In this document: piece after piece, positions 27,202 to 40,623 of the stretch
Numbering within the stretch: position 1 is the stretch's first letter
Layout: every line of letters begins with the position of its first letter
NCBI RefSeq assembly: GCF_001194135.2
Contig: NC_068981.1
Location: 150,073,529-150,137,528 of the forward strand
Direction: 5' to 3'
DNA: 64,000 bases
Source: Octopus bimaculoides
Taxonomy: Eukaryota
Program-made: the position numbers and the translations under genes
Notes under the pieces: generated by a model
The model's input: only the letters and a program-made list of their open reading frames with translations
Database searches by the model: none
What the model was told of the DNA's origin: nothing

Positions 27202-28668
27202 TCTTGTGTCCGTCACTGTACAAAAATCACCACTATGCCGTACATGGCTCTAGAAATAGATATTTCTAAAATATGATTAAGACAAGAACATTTCAATGGA
27301 CTGTAGTACTTGATTGATACTTAAACAGTCGACATCAATGAATGTAGTGTATGTATATATATGTATGTATGTGTATGAATGTGTATATATAAGTGTATAT
27401 ATCTATGGGCGTATATACATGTGTGTGTACGTGTGTGTATTACATATATTTACATTTATTGGCTACTTGATATCAACATTATTAGGAATGCATAGTACAC
27501 ATGATTTACTTCAGGAATTCTTTGATGTCCGGCGAGTTTATATACATAAATTAAAGACAGAAAGTGGAATACACGAGATTATTCCAATCTACTACTATTG
27601 TTTTGACTTTTGACTCATCTTGCATCTGTACTTCACAGGTGAGATGCTATGCACTCAATTGCTTTGCATCACAGGTGCAGATTGCATCTTGTCATGTGAC
27701 TTTTTAAACAAGTACACCATTCTTTCTTCTCTCTATTTTACTTAGCTCTATTACGATATGTGTTTAGGTAGATTGTGCATTCTAGCAGTTTTCATAAGAA
27801 ATTGAGAAAGTCACAAAAAACATTGTTCCCACTCTCTAGGACTTGAAATCTTTGCTCCGAGGAAACCCTATATATTTTGTTGAATGCAGAGAACTTAGTC
27901 AACAAGTCCTCTGAGTAAGTTATAGAATGTAACCATAGACTGAAATACACCCTTTCGTGGTATCATAGGGAAAAATAGTGTTTTGGTCTAATCTGTATAG
28001 AATAAGTTGTTTTTAGGAGCGGTGTTCACTATTTTGTATAAAATATTCTTACATCTGATGCATCGAAAATCATATTTAGAAAACAATAGAAATGCGACAA
28101 TTTTGTTTTTAACAATATAATTTAATTTTAAATTAAGTGCAATTGTTTTTTATGAAATACATTTACAATTTTTTTTTTGTTTTACACAGTCTATCGTTTT
28201 ATGAGAAACTAAATGTAAATATATTTACATCGAAGCAGAAATTACACTTATTCTTATTTTCAAATCTCGAGAATATATCTTCAATTGTTTTGTGTATTTC
28301 TTTATATGCATTATTGTTTCATATAGTGTTCCACTTACAATGAAAATATATGAATGTCATAATTCTTTATCGGGAAGAGCAATTATAATTATCTCTGACG
28401 TAAGCACACTTTCACAAGCAGAGTATAGTATATTGAATCAATTCAAAGACCTACGAAGGATGTATCAGTTGATCGTGGAGGGATTTTATCGTAGGAGTTA
28501 AAAAGACGTAACCCAATGCAACACACTCTTGTGTCCGTTACTGTACAAAATCACCACTATGTCCTACATGACTCTAGAAATAGATATTTCTAAAACATTA
28601 AGACCAGAACATTTCAATGGACTGTAGTACTTGATTGATACTTAAACAGTCGACATGAATGAATATAG
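27202..28668. repeat. Pair of about 145-bp direct repeats (27202-27347 and 28527-28668)
   Basis: Both read TCTTGTGTCCGT.ACTGTACAAAA(A)TCACCACTATG...CTCTAGAAATAGATATTTCTAAAA...AGAACATTTCAATGGACTGTAGTACTTGATTGATACTTAAACAGTCGACAT, about 90% identical. Confidence 0.93.
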
Positions 28669-29276
28669 AGTCTAACATATCCTTCTAAAAGACATTAACG
28701 ATTTCGTGACATGGTTTATAATTTATGGTTATTGCAGATAACTTTCTTAACCCGACGTCAAATTATGTAGATAATAATAATCTGTAATTATGATTTATGT
28801 AAAACCGTTTTCGAAATTTAGGACATTAAGACATTATAACAATTCATTCAAACAACAATAAATCATTTTACTATTTTTAAATATATTTTCTACATATGTT
28901 TATGGAAATATAAAATTCGACGAAGATATAAAAATATTCTTCATTCAAAGATCATGGAAATCAAGAATCCATATATGACTTATATATTATTATCGAGAAA
29001 CACGTGGTTCATTTGACAGATTTAATGTTTTAGCAAAGAAACTCTGATTTCACTAATCAAAAGCTTCTCTGAAATAATTATTTCACAATATTACAGTGAA
29101 ACTCCGGAGTTTTGAAAGAATTAGATTCGAAATAAGTTCTCCCCGAAACAAGACGTCAAAGAAATGGAGTGGGGCTATATAGTCAAATATGTCCTTTCAT
29201 GTAACATAAACACTCATCTACTTAAAAAAAATCTAGTTCATTGTGAATTTTTTTAATGCATTCGCACTGACTACTA

Positions 29277-29625
29277 CAGTGTTTCCTAAACTATTTCCAC
29301 CCAAACCTCATTGTAACTTTCCAGAAAAATGCATGGCCCACTGGTGGTTGGGAAGAAAACAACATTAAGTTTAATATTTCATAATTATATACTTTTCTTG
29401 AAGAAATATTCACTCTAGGGCATTAGAATTGCACTATACTGTAACAAACAGTCCTCCCACTATGGTTGGCAGGAGCGATTGGTTAGGCTAGGCTGAGTAT
29501 AGGTGTGATAGATTCGCTGTGAAAAACAATTATCACAATTCCATGTCCGACTAAAAAAACGAAAAAAAAAAATTGTATCTCATGCCCCACCACAGTTTTT
29601 TCGGCCCCACAGGTGGGAATCACTA
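29277..29625. mobile_element. Non-autonomous hAT element (MITE), 349 bp, 8-bp TSD
   Basis: Left end CAGTGTTTCCTAAAC; right end reverse-complements to TAGTGATTCCCACC. Flanks are GACTACTA (29269-29276) and GACTAGTA (29626-29633), an 8-bp TSD with central TA and one mismatch. Confidence 0.75.
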
Positions 29626-29894
29626 GACTAGTACAATAAAATGACAATCGGTAAATACATTGAGAAAAGAACTGATTACTGAATAAATATTAAATCAATT
29701 CTAGTAGACTTTAACAAAATTTTAACATTTGTAAATATGTGCACTCTGTAAATGATCTGTATTCAAGTTTACTCATACGTAAACACCAAAACACTGAATA
29801 TTGAGTGTATCTTCCATACATATTTAGAATATTCTAATATAATGTATGAACATGTATATATAGGGATATTTAGAATATATTTGGAAAATATTTT

Positions 29895-30565
29895 TCTAAG
29901 CATTTTGAATCTTTTAATGTACTGGTTGCTGTTCATGGTGCAACCAGGTTCCAAAACACCGAAGTGATTTATGCGGTTTTCAGTTGAAAAACAAAAAGAG
30001 AACGGTAACTATGGCTATCTAAACCGTTCTCTGGTTCTTGAACATCGGTTTTAGAGAAGAGGTGTGATGTCATTTCATAGACTGTGTTTTCTTTTTCAGA
30101 TCATAAAGACAATCTCACATTTTATATCTCGACACAAGGAAGATACAGAAAAATGCGCATTCATTGGCTTTAAACACTTCCAGCAGATCCTTCAAATTAG
30201 TTGTTGGCTGCCAAGGCACCATTTTGGTCATCCTTCACGGTATTCAATGTTTTCTACAACCTTCTCTTATGCATTGTGATCACAGTCTAGCGTGCGGCAA
30301 GCTCAGAGACAGTGATTCGAGTGTCCACGCGAATAAAATCATCCACTCGCAGAGGGTTTGCACCACAGCTCGTAGTTTATGATCACTAATTGAGTGATTT
30401 GTCTCCAAATGCTGGTTTCTTCTACATTAAACTTCTTAATTCATCTGTACAAATTGCTCTTCTTAGCATGATGTTGCTTTCCGTGTATTTCTGTGTATAT
30501 AAGGCAGCCTGCTCCATTTCTTCGACAAGAACAACGCTATATTGCTTCTAGTTAGAATATATTAT
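29895..30565 (-). mobile_element. Tc1/mariner transposase relic (N-terminus to mid DDD domain)
   Basis: Minus-strand broken frames give KQYSVV..., VDDFIRVDTRITVSELAAR, YDLKKKTQSMK*HH (cf. YDPExKxQSxxWxH) and LEPGCTMNSNQY (cf. GxTINxxxY). Confidence 0.75.
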
Positions 30566-31451
30566 TTTCCAGCAACAAGAAACTGAAACAAGAGTTAAAA
30601 TAGAAGAGTTACTGTACCAAGATCTGCAACTTCAATGACTTTTCATAATTATTAAAACATTTATGCTAACTTTTGCGTTAATTGTAGGACAGCGTCCGTG
30701 TACGTTCTTTAATTTTGAACAGGAGCCCTACGAGTATAGCAACATTTCAAATAAAATAAGATTCCTCAGTGATAGATATTAATAACAATCAGATCATACA
30801 TCAGAATTATATAAAAGATTGATTAAAAAGAAAAGCAGAATTAAAGCAATCTCTGAACAGGCAATATTATAAGAAACAAAATTATTCTTACTTAGTGGCG
30901 AAGACCTCTATGCAATCTACATTATATCTAATAATGAACTATGAAACCTTTCACCGACAGGAAATATAACAATATCTGCTATTGATCGATTTCCATAATA
31001 CAGGTGTTTCTATTAATTTGTGCGAAAGACTACGCAAGTCTAAACGAAAACGTTCAATGTCTTCTGTCATCGATAGATAAATATCAATAGATGAAAGTAG
31101 ACCTATGTTTTATAGTACTTTGTTCGTGGGCATGGAGATATAATTGTAGCAATCACAGTTAATTTAAATTAATGGTATCATAAATTTTCATCCAAATGAA
31201 ATATATCATACGCGTCAGTAATTTTCAAAATTGTAATTATTGTCTCCCATAATTTAATAGAGTATAGAAACTAATTCAAATATCAGAATACTAATTTCTA
31301 TATCCTACAGTTAGAACAGTATCTAATATTTTTAATACGCAACTAATAGCGTTCTACTTGTAAAATGACCATTACATGAGAATAATTCTCCTCTTTAGAA
31401 TATTGCTTGTATTAAGAAATTCTTGCATTGTATGTTAATGTTTAATGACTG

Positions 31452-31490
<39 letters not shown>

Positions 31491-31939
31491 NNNNNNNNNN
31501 NNNNNNNNNNNNNNNNNNNNNNNNNNNNNNNNNNNNNNNNNNNNNNNNNNNNNNNNNNNNNNNNNNNNNNNNNNNNNNNNNNNNNNNNNNNNNNNNNNNN
31601 NNNNNNNNNNNNNNNNNNNNNNNNNNNNNNNNNNNNNNNNNNNNNNNNNNNNNNNNNNNNNNNNNNNNNNNNNNNNNNNNNNNNNNNNNNNNNNNNNNNN
31701 NNNNNNNNNNNNNNNNNNNNNNNNNNNNNNNNNNNNNNNNNNNNNNNNNNNNNNNNNNNNNNNNNNNNNNNNNNNNNNNNNNNNNNNNNNNNNNNNNNNN
31801 NNNNNNNNNNNNNNNNNNNNNNNNNNNNNNNNNNNNNNNNNNNNNNNNNNNNNNNNNNNNNNNNNNNNNNNNNNNNNNNNNNNNNNNNNNNNNNNNNNNN
31901 NNNNNNNNNNNNNNNNNNNNNNNNNNNNNNNNNNNNNGT

Positions 31940-31977
<38 letters not shown>

Positions 31978-32134
31978 CATATATACACGTGAGCACAGAA
32001 GTGCAAAACAAGTTGGAAAAAATAGTACTCGAATACCAAATATAGAATAATATGCTTTTTATGAAAGCTGCAAAATTATCACAGAACTGTTACTCAGAGT
32101 TTCACGTTCATATACATTGTTCCATCTTGAAGGG

Positions 32135-32525
32135 TTTTAGTCGAACACGTCGACCCTAGGCAGTTTTTGTATGCCCAGGTCATACCAACTCCCCACCATG
32201 TCGTTGAGGAAGCGTTGAACCTCATATTTCACCTCGCCGTCGTTGCTGAAGCGCGTTCCGGCCGAATGTTCTTTCAACTTAGGGGACAGGTGGTAGTCAT
32301 TGCGTGCCAAGTCCGGACTATAAGGTGGGTTGCCATTTGTGGTCTTCTGTGAACATTCGTGGACCCGTCTTGCGCACACCTTCCGATATTAGAACTTTAC
32401 ACTCATAACTATGAATGGAGCTTTGTGAAACCTCAGGAACCAAAATGCAGAGATCATCCCGAGTTTTCCGCCAACTGTCACGTCGGAAATTGATAGTCGC
32501 CTGCTTCTTTCTTCGTCATGAATTT
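32135..32525 (-). mobile_element. Internally deleted mariner relic
   Basis: The N-terminal part IHDEERSRR...KVCARRVH...KTT is joined directly to the C-terminal part NPPYSPDLARNDYHLSPKLKEHSAGTRFSNDGEVK..V..FL..WYDLGIQKL (YSPDL motif). The first two catalytic Asp regions are missing. Confidence 0.85.
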
Positions 32526-32749
32526 CAGTACGACCAGCTGCAAACTATTTACAGCCTTAGATATTTTATCTCATTCTGTTAATTTTTATATATATGCATG
32601 CTAATACACGACCTACGTTGGACGCCTTTTCGTATCATTATCGAACCTGGAACTTAACTATAGTCTGTCCATAGCACTATCTCAGTGTTACCTGACACCT
32701 TTGGGTCTTCTTGACAACAATACCTCTCATACCCTCGATATATATATGA

Positions 32750-32793
<44 letters not shown>

Positions 32794-33448
32794 TTATGCT
32801 TATACTTATATTTATATATTTATATGAATATATTCAAAAATATATGTTTATAGGTGTCTGTATATGTATATGTGTGTGCGGGTGTACGAACTTATGTGTG
32901 TGTGTGTACGTACATAAACATGTGTGTATGCGTATGGTGTGTATATAAATGTATATTTGTGTGTAGATTGTTTTATACATGCCTACGTATATATACATAA
33001 ACTATACAAATTTCTATATTTCGTTGTGTCTCAAAAGAATTTTCTTTTATTTCATAAACATAGACGCTGTCTTCTACATTGTTTTATATTCCCAACATTT
33101 AATTATTAAAAAAAATGCTTTTGATCATCAATTTTATAGTGTAATATATTTTTTTCTGGGAAAATTAACGATACTTAAACGATGACCTCTTCTACAACTT
33201 GGTTTTACAACCTTTATTAAGCGAAGGAAATTAGATTGGTAGAAAGGGTAGCATAGCTAAACGAACTGAATGTATGGTAAAGCAGTCTGATGTGTACTCT
33301 TCTGACTCTAGGTTTGATGTCATTGTGTAGAATCTAGGAGAAATAATGGCTTCTGTTCCTCTTTTAGTTTGTATTTGTAATATACGATTTATCTGATCGA
33401 ATTCTTTTCCTGAATGCGCAAGCTTATCAAGATCATCATTTGGTCAAT

Positions 33449-33838
33449 TACTCTTTTTACTTGTTTCAGTCATTTGACTGCGGCCATGCTGGGGCACCGC
33501 CTTTAGTCGAGCAAATCGACCCTAGGACTTATTCTTTGTAAGCCTAGTACTTATTCTATCTGTCTCTTTTGCCAAACCGCTAGGTTACGAGAACGTAAAC
33601 ACACCACCATCGGTTGTCTAGCGATGTTGGCGGAGACAAACACAGACACACTAACACACACACACACACACATATATATACATATACATATATACGACGG
33701 GATTCTTTTAGTTTCCGTCTACCAAATCCACTCACAAGGCTTTGGTCGGCCTGAAGCTAAAGTAGAAGACACTTACGCAGTGGGACTGAACCCGGAACCA
33801 TGTGGTTGGTAAGCCAGCTACTTACCACACAGCCGCTC
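33449..33838 (-). mobile_element. tRNA-derived SINE family C with internal microsatellite and LINE-like 3' tail
   Basis: Head GCTGTGTGGTAAGTAGCTGGCTTACCAACCACATGGTTCCGGGTTCAGTCCCAC, internal TA/TG repeats, and tail GGCGGTGCCCCAGCATGGCCGCAGTCAAATGACTGAAACAAGTAAAAAGAGTAA. A partial copy lies at 60120-60265. Confidence 0.88.
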
Positions 33839-34149
33839 TTGCACCGAAAGAAAATTTTTTTATTATTATTGTTAAATATGTAAATTTAAAATGTGTATAC
33901 GGAAGCTGGAGCTTTCGAAAAAGTTATCTGTAGTTACCCTCTCTCTCTCTTTGATTTTCGCTGAAATATTCACTGCAGTAACGTAGATGTTTTCTGACGG
34001 CACATATATTTTCTTCACTATCCCTAGCAAAATTACCAGGCCTATTATGATAAAAGTTAATGAAAAATATCCCTTGAGCTGCTGATTGCATAGTTATTCA
34101 ATAAGAACGCGTGTTTTTTTTTATATTTATTCTACAGCAGACTTTTCTT

Positions 34150-34960
34150 TTTCTCCAATGACATTGCACCTTGCTTTAGTGAAAGGCCGTGTCGGATTAT
34201 ACCCATTTAGGTTCCTGTAAATCATATGTATGATGTCTTCCACAGAAATATGACATAATTTACATTTCAAGTTGTATCTAGAGGCTCCTAGGGCTTCACT
34301 TGATGTTTTGTTTATTTTGACCTCCTGATCTTGACTGTAAATGCATAGCCTTAGAGGTTTTCTGAAATACAGTGGTCATGAGTATTCCCCAAGTCGTCGG
34401 GAAAGATACCCATGCATACTCATTTCTTTCTTTCTTTTTTTTTTTTTTGCATGCTTAGCGTTTCACTTTCAGGTCTTCTTTGAAGTTTGTTTCGAGGTTT
34501 TACGGAAAGTTATTACGAAAAATGTACTTCCTGCTGTGCTCACTACCGACTCGTATTATATTGTGTTTTCGCTTTCCAGCACTAAGTTTGTGTATTTATT
34601 TTTGTTGCTTTTGTTTGGGAGTTGCTGTCTGAGAGAGACTACACAGCATTGGAAGGCTGTCAGCATTAATTTCATGCCCCCACCCCCTTCGTATTTACTT
34701 GGGTATATTCTGTCGATATCACTCTTTCTGTGGAAGTTTCCATTTGATGTCAAGTTCTTACGAGTCTTTATGTCAATGGAGTGGATTTCCTCTACAGACA
34801 AGTCAAGACGTTCGAATGTTAGAATCAGCACTGGTACTTCTAATGCATTGTAGGATATTGTCCTGTTGTAAGAAGGGAGGTTTTGATTGCCAAATTGTTC
34901 TAAGTGACTCTATCATATTTTACAGCACCATAAGTGTGTAAATCTCAGAGAGGAATATGT
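34150..34960 (-). mobile_element. 3'-half relic of the same REL-type LINE family as 7570-10420
   Basis: EIHSIDIKTRKNLTSNGNFHRKSDIDRIYPSKYEGGGGMKLMLTAFQCCVVSLRQQL aligns with 9400-9570. It is followed by MHGYLSR and the zinc knuckle KCKLCHISVEDIIHMI. Confidence 0.82.
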
Positions 34961-35274
34961 TGAATAAAATCATAATTAACTGATGCTTCTGTATTTTCTG
35001 TCACCCAAAGCCAAGAACTTTTCTGCATCCCCTACCGTAGAGAAACCGCTGGACTGATTTTGCATGTACGAATGCATGTACCTATATCTTCTCTTTCTCC
35101 TTTAAATTTTAAAGGAAATTTTGACCGGTCACCTACTAATTAGTAGCGACGTTGTGAAGGAAGATATCTTCTTTAAACCAACATCTTTTAAATCTCAATA
35201 TCTTGCAGATTTTTATAGTCCCAGATGCCGTTATCATTTGTTTGTTTGTATGTATATTTGTTTATATATATATG

Positions 35275-35313
<39 letters not shown>

Positions 35314-35822
35314 NNNNNNNNNNNNNNNNNNNNNNNNNNNNNNNNNNNNNNNNNNNNNNNNNNNNNNNNNNNNNNNNNNNNNNNNNNNNNNNNNNNNNNN
35401 NNNNNNNNNNNNNNNNNNNNNNNNNNNNNNNNNNNNNNNNNNNNNNNNNNNNNNNNNNNNNNNNNNNNNNNNNNNNNNNNNNNNNNNNNNNNNNNNNNNN
35501 NNNNNNNNNNNNNNNNNNNNNNNNNNNNNNNNNNNNNNNNNNNNNNNNNNNNNNNNNNNNNNNNNNNNNNNNNNNNNNNNNNNNNNNNNNNNNNNNNNNN
35601 NNNNNNNNNNNNNNNNNNNNNNNNNNNNNNNNNNNNNNNNNNNNNNNNNNNNNNNNNNNNNNNNNNNNNNNNNNNNNNNNNNNNNNATTTTTGGTTATCT
35701 CACCCCATCAAAAATTGAGTTATCTCCTCCACCCCCGCTTTACGAGAAATATCTGTACTTTTGGGTATCTCCTTCAACTAATAAAATTGTTTAACCCTCA
35801 ATAAAATAAAACAAAAAAAAAT

Positions 35823-35983
35823 GAAAAATTAATAAACGTAAAATGTTAAAAGATGAAACATCTTATTGAATCTGATAACATTTTTATAACAAATCATACA
35901 AAGCAGAAAAAATTAATAAACATGAAATCAGAAAAGATTAAACATCTTACCGAATCTGATAACATTTTTATAACAAATCATAC
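35823..35983. repeat. Two-copy tandem duplication, period 84 bp
   Basis: AAAAATTAATAAAC...AAAAGAT.AAACATCTTA..GAATCTGATAACATTTTTATAACAAATCATAC ends at 35899 and at 35983. Confidence 0.9.
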
Positions 35984-36235
35984 CATTCCGATTGAGGAGG
36001 CCAAACGTCAAACAATGTGTTGAAGTATTAAATCAAAAGGATCCAACTCTTTTTAATCCAATCTATTGTCGCCACATTAACTCGATTTTTTAGTCGGGAG
36101 ATAACCCAATTTTTTAATGGTAACTTTTTAATGGGGGTGAGACAACCAAAAAGTACCAATAAATAATTAAATACACACACACACACACGATACAATCATG
36201 CATGCACGCGCAGACGTTTGTGTGCATGAGTACAT

Positions 36236-36372
36236 AAGTAGTTACGTAGTTTGCTTCGCAACCATGAGCTCTCGTGTTTGATCCTGTGGTATAGCGTTTT
36301 CTGCAAGTGATTTTGCATGAGCCTCGGAGTCGACCCAAGTCCCGTGACTGGATTTCAGCAGGCGGAAGCTGT
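36236..36372 (+). mobile_element. Decayed SINE head/body (family C-like)
   Basis: GTAGTTACGTAGTTTGCTTCGCAACCATG..CGTGTTTGATCC resembles the family C head. Confidence 0.45.
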
Positions 36373-36621
36373 CCCATAATTCGTATCAGTAATTCTAAAG
36401 TTCTGTCTTGTTATACTGCCACTCAAAATCAACTTCCCATTTATGTTAGCAGTGCACATGTCAATGGCATATTCAGCCATGCAAGTTCACTGACGTCTCG
36501 AAACTTCGACAGGAAAACCTAAGAAACCAGTGCCCCTTATACGAAAACATTTGCCATATCTGTTTACATTTTATTTCGAGTATACATTTCTGTGTCACTC
36601 ACGAAGTAAGAAATTTTGATG

Positions 36622-36785
36622 GAAGGACTAAGTCGATTACGTCTACCCCAGTACTCAACTGGTACTTAAATTTTCGACCCCGAAGGGATAAAAGCTAAAG
36701 TCGACCGCGACAGAATTTCAACTCCTGAACGTAAAGACGGACGAAATGCAACTAAGCATGTTGCCCGGGGGGTGCTCGCCGCCTT
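36622..36785 (-). mobile_element. SINE family A copy
   Basis: Reverse complement of the family A head and body (CTAAGCAT..., AACTCCTGAACGTAAAGACGGACGAAATG, GACCCCGAAGGGATAAAAG, AGTACTCAACTGGTAC). Confidence 0.85.
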
Positions 36786-37465
36786 AATAATAACAAGTAA
36801 TAATAATTTAACTAAATACATATCTAATTTTGTGAAAGCGAATTCTTACGGAATTACTACTTGTCTGTTTCCTGTTAGATTGAATCACTTTAACTAACCT
36901 ACTTTTTGTTACATTTATCCCAAACTCCAAACACGCTTTTCCAACATGATACGCTTTTAAATTGTTCACACGCGCACAAACAAATAACGCCGTTCCTATC
37001 GGATATGCGCTTTTCCTCTAGTCATCTAACTATAACAAACATGCACACCGGTATCACCACCATATTCTCAATAAGCAATACCAGCAAATACACATTACAC
37101 CTTCAAAAACCCCACTAAACATACCTAACTAAACAGTATGCTAACACCATCTATTCTTATGCCGGTTACCAGTCGCACACAGACACATGTGCATGTAGAC
37201 AAACACTCCACACCCTTCATGACTTCCTCTCACCGAATGGTATACGCACTTTATCTTCATGTATTCTTCCACAATTAATTTGAGTTAATTTTTTAATGGT
37301 TGACCCCCCTCTCTCTCTCTCTCNNNNNNNNNNNNNNNNNNNNNNNNNNNNNNNNNNNNNNNNNNNNNNNNNNNNNNNNNNNNNNNNNNNNNNNNNNNNN
37401 NNNNNNNNNNNNNNNNNNNNNNNNNNNNNNNNNNNNNNNNNNNNNNNNNNNNNNNNNNNNNNNNN

Positions 37466-37521
<56 letters not shown>

Positions 37522-38410
37522 TTCTGTACCCTACGTTCTTTTCTTTGTGAAGAGGAACGAACTTAAGAAACGTCAATAGGTTGCATGCTCATTTAGACAC
37601 TAATTTTATATGTTAAATTTATACTGTATAGGCCACACGTTGTTCTCTTTACTACGTTGTCGCTTTCGTTGTAGTTGTTGTGTATGTGCGCGTGTGTCAA
37701 AAATGAACTGTAGACATAAAGAACTTGGCGACAGCAAGTTTATAGCATTTAACAACCGCGAAGATTCTGTCTGTTTCTGATATGAATGTCTTCTAGCTAG
37801 GTAACCACTTATGGTGTAACTTCCTTCTTAGCAACCATATCTTTGCGGCAAGTTTGACAGAATGATAGCCGAGCTAAACATTAAACTCATAAATCTGACA
37901 AGTCGGGAGAAATCTGCCGTCTTAGTCACCACCAGAAAAATGTGGGAAGCCAATTTCCACTATAAACTCCTTTACTATCCCAAATAAAAGACTAGAGAAA
38001 GGGAAATAATCCGGTATAATCCCTCCATAACCATAAACAAAATGGATAGAAAAAGCGAGAGTAAATAATTAAAGCAAAAAAGAAAAGAGTGCATATATAC
38101 ACTTATGTGTACTATGCTAAGTGTATGTATCTATATTTGTGTATAAACTGATATGAATATTTATAGATGCCACAAACTAAGCAGAAAATCTAAAAGTTTA
38201 ATGGGATAAATCTCATTCAAGCACCAACGATTGCATACATAGATATACATATATACACAATAAATACTTGTTTCAAACCATACATTGAAAAGGCAAATTT
38301 AGTTTGACTCCTTTGTTTTCACTTTCGCTTTTTCTTTGCATCCTCTCTCTCCCTCTCCCTCTCCTTCTCTCTCCTCTTTCACCCTCTCTCTCTCTCTCTC
38401 TCTTTCTCTC

Positions 38411-38444
<34 letters not shown>

Positions 38445-38758
38445 CCTCCTTCTTCCTCTGTCTCTTTCCCGTCTTTCCTTCTCTCAAGTAATTTAATCAT
38501 ACGATAGCGTGATCTATCTTTGAAAGAACACAACCTTTCACCTTAACAACAAGTATCTATTATTTTCATTTGATATATTTAGTATGAATGCCCTTCAATA
38601 CTTAACGGCTGTATATTATTCTTCGATAGAATTTCTAGTTTGGCGATGAGGAAAACGGATTGACCATTGGAGTACTGTTTTTGTACGTCAAATTCTAATG
38701 CTTTATTAAAACCAATATCAGAAATAACTTGAATGAGAGTACACGCATTTACATCTCA

Positions 38759-40517
38759 CTAGCAGAGATACCCGGCGTTGCTGGGGATTAAAATGACATA
38801 GCTTGTATATGTATTACAGTTATGTTGAAGCATGTGATATGGGAAAGTGCAGCATTGACGACAAAACATTTGTGGAGTAAATGATGGGCAAATTTGACTA
38901 AGACACATGTCATGCGTCCCTTTGGAGAATTCCAGGCCCTAACCTGTCATAGAATATTGGGGGTGGAGGGTAGGTGATTTTTGAACGCACGGAAAAGCTT
39001 CAGTGAATATACTCTCTTTGCAGTGGTCGGCACTGCGTCTAACACGACCCATCGTATGGTTGACAATCAAATTAATGTAGTTGTAATAATGGAGATATTG
39101 TACGTAAATAGGTACATTCCAGAAAGGGGCTGCAATGGGAGACGGCAACGAGGAAGTGAAATGTTTCAGAAGGCGAAGGGTTGACATTGGATTGCTGGTG
39201 TGGCTATAGAATATGACACAGAAACTGAGCCTATACAAGGGAACTTATAGTAAGGAATTACTTGAAAATAAGGCTTAATGTCTTACCGCGTGGTTGGTGG
39301 GAGTAATTGGAGAATATGATTTGATACTGAAGTCCATGCAAGAATCTGCTTTATTGGGGCAGTTTTCGGGCTTGTTGGTACTATGCCGAAATTGTATCCA
39401 TCTTCACTATTTACAAAGAGCAGTGGATACTGGAGCGCATCGTAGAAGGTAGTAATTCCTACAACCTCTTGGTAAACAATATTCTTTGTTTCCCTTGTGA
39501 AACAAATGTAAATAGAATTGTTTTGATTCCCACTCTACAGCAGCCAACATATAATTGCCCGTGTGAGAAGCACGACTCTTCCAAGTGAAGTCCTACTACA
39601 GACAGTGTTTTACCCTGGAATTTATTGATAGACATTGTGAAGCTGATACGATAGGAAATTGCACTCCTCTGGATGAAAAAGGAATTTCTGCTCACGATGG
39701 AATGAGAGGAATCTTGGGTATGAAAACATCCTCTCCTTCTCCAGAGAGAATGGTGACCTCAATAAAATGTGGTATCATCTTCTCTAACACCAAGCATGTC
39801 CCATTGCAGAATGTTGGTGGATCCAAATTCCTCAATAACATTACTGGAATTCCCACTTTAAGTTCCAATCTGTGCGGAGATAATCCTGGAGAAATTCTTT
39901 TGGATAATTTACCAACTCTTCTGGATCTGGGATTGTATCAACTGACTTATAGATGTGAGGACTTCCAGGAAGGTACTGCAGCAGCTGCTCATTAATATTA
40001 CTCACAGTGCTCTTTATGGAGCCAGTATTGCTCTTTCATACAGCCAATTCAGATTGTGATAATTTTTCGACCAATCGAAGATTTCCTCTTTGGAGACATT
40101 ATGTCAAGAAATATGTAATGTGTAATAAAATAAAATGACAGCTGTACGTTAATAATGAAACGTCAATAAAAAAGGTAAATGATATCAATATCTTAGCAAA
40201 TTTTAAGAAATACATACAACGAACTGAGATGATACTGTTATACTAATAATTAAATGTCAATAAAATACATTAACTAACATCAATATTTTAAAAGGATGAA
40301 AAACGTTCAGCGGAGACAATCAATTTCTGAAAGTTACTTCACAAAGAGTTACCTATCCTCTCCACGTAACTCAGGAAAGGGTGTTTTCTGCTCCCAGGGA
40401 GCCCGTTGCTCATTATGTGAAAAGTTTTTAGAGTCTAAAATCATCTCTGGAACATAAGTAATGTATGTTCCCAGTTTGGAGAAAATCTGTTCTGAACTTC
40501 AGAACTTTTGCGGGATT

Positions 40518-40548
<31 letters not shown>

Positions 40549-40571
40549 CACACACACGCACGCACACACAC

Positions 40572-40620
<49 letters not shown>
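38759..40620 (-). mobile_element. Helitron relic: PIF1-type helicase C-terminal half plus recognisable 3' terminus
   Basis: Minus-strand translation includes WLYERAILAP, LKVGIPVMLLRNLDP..CNGT, VFIPKIPLIPS, SFTMSINKFQGKTL, FSHGQLYVGCCRV and KNIVYQEV. The 3' end is a hairpin CCCCAGCAACGCCGGG (38786-38771), 8 nt, then CTAG (38762-38759) followed by T. The 5' boundary is unresolved. Confidence 0.88.

Positions 40621-40623
<3 letters not shown>

Noticed and set aside
27202-28668. LTR retrotransposon
   Set aside because: Similarity extends beyond any TG...CA boundary, and there is no PBS, PPT, TSD or gag/pol remnant.
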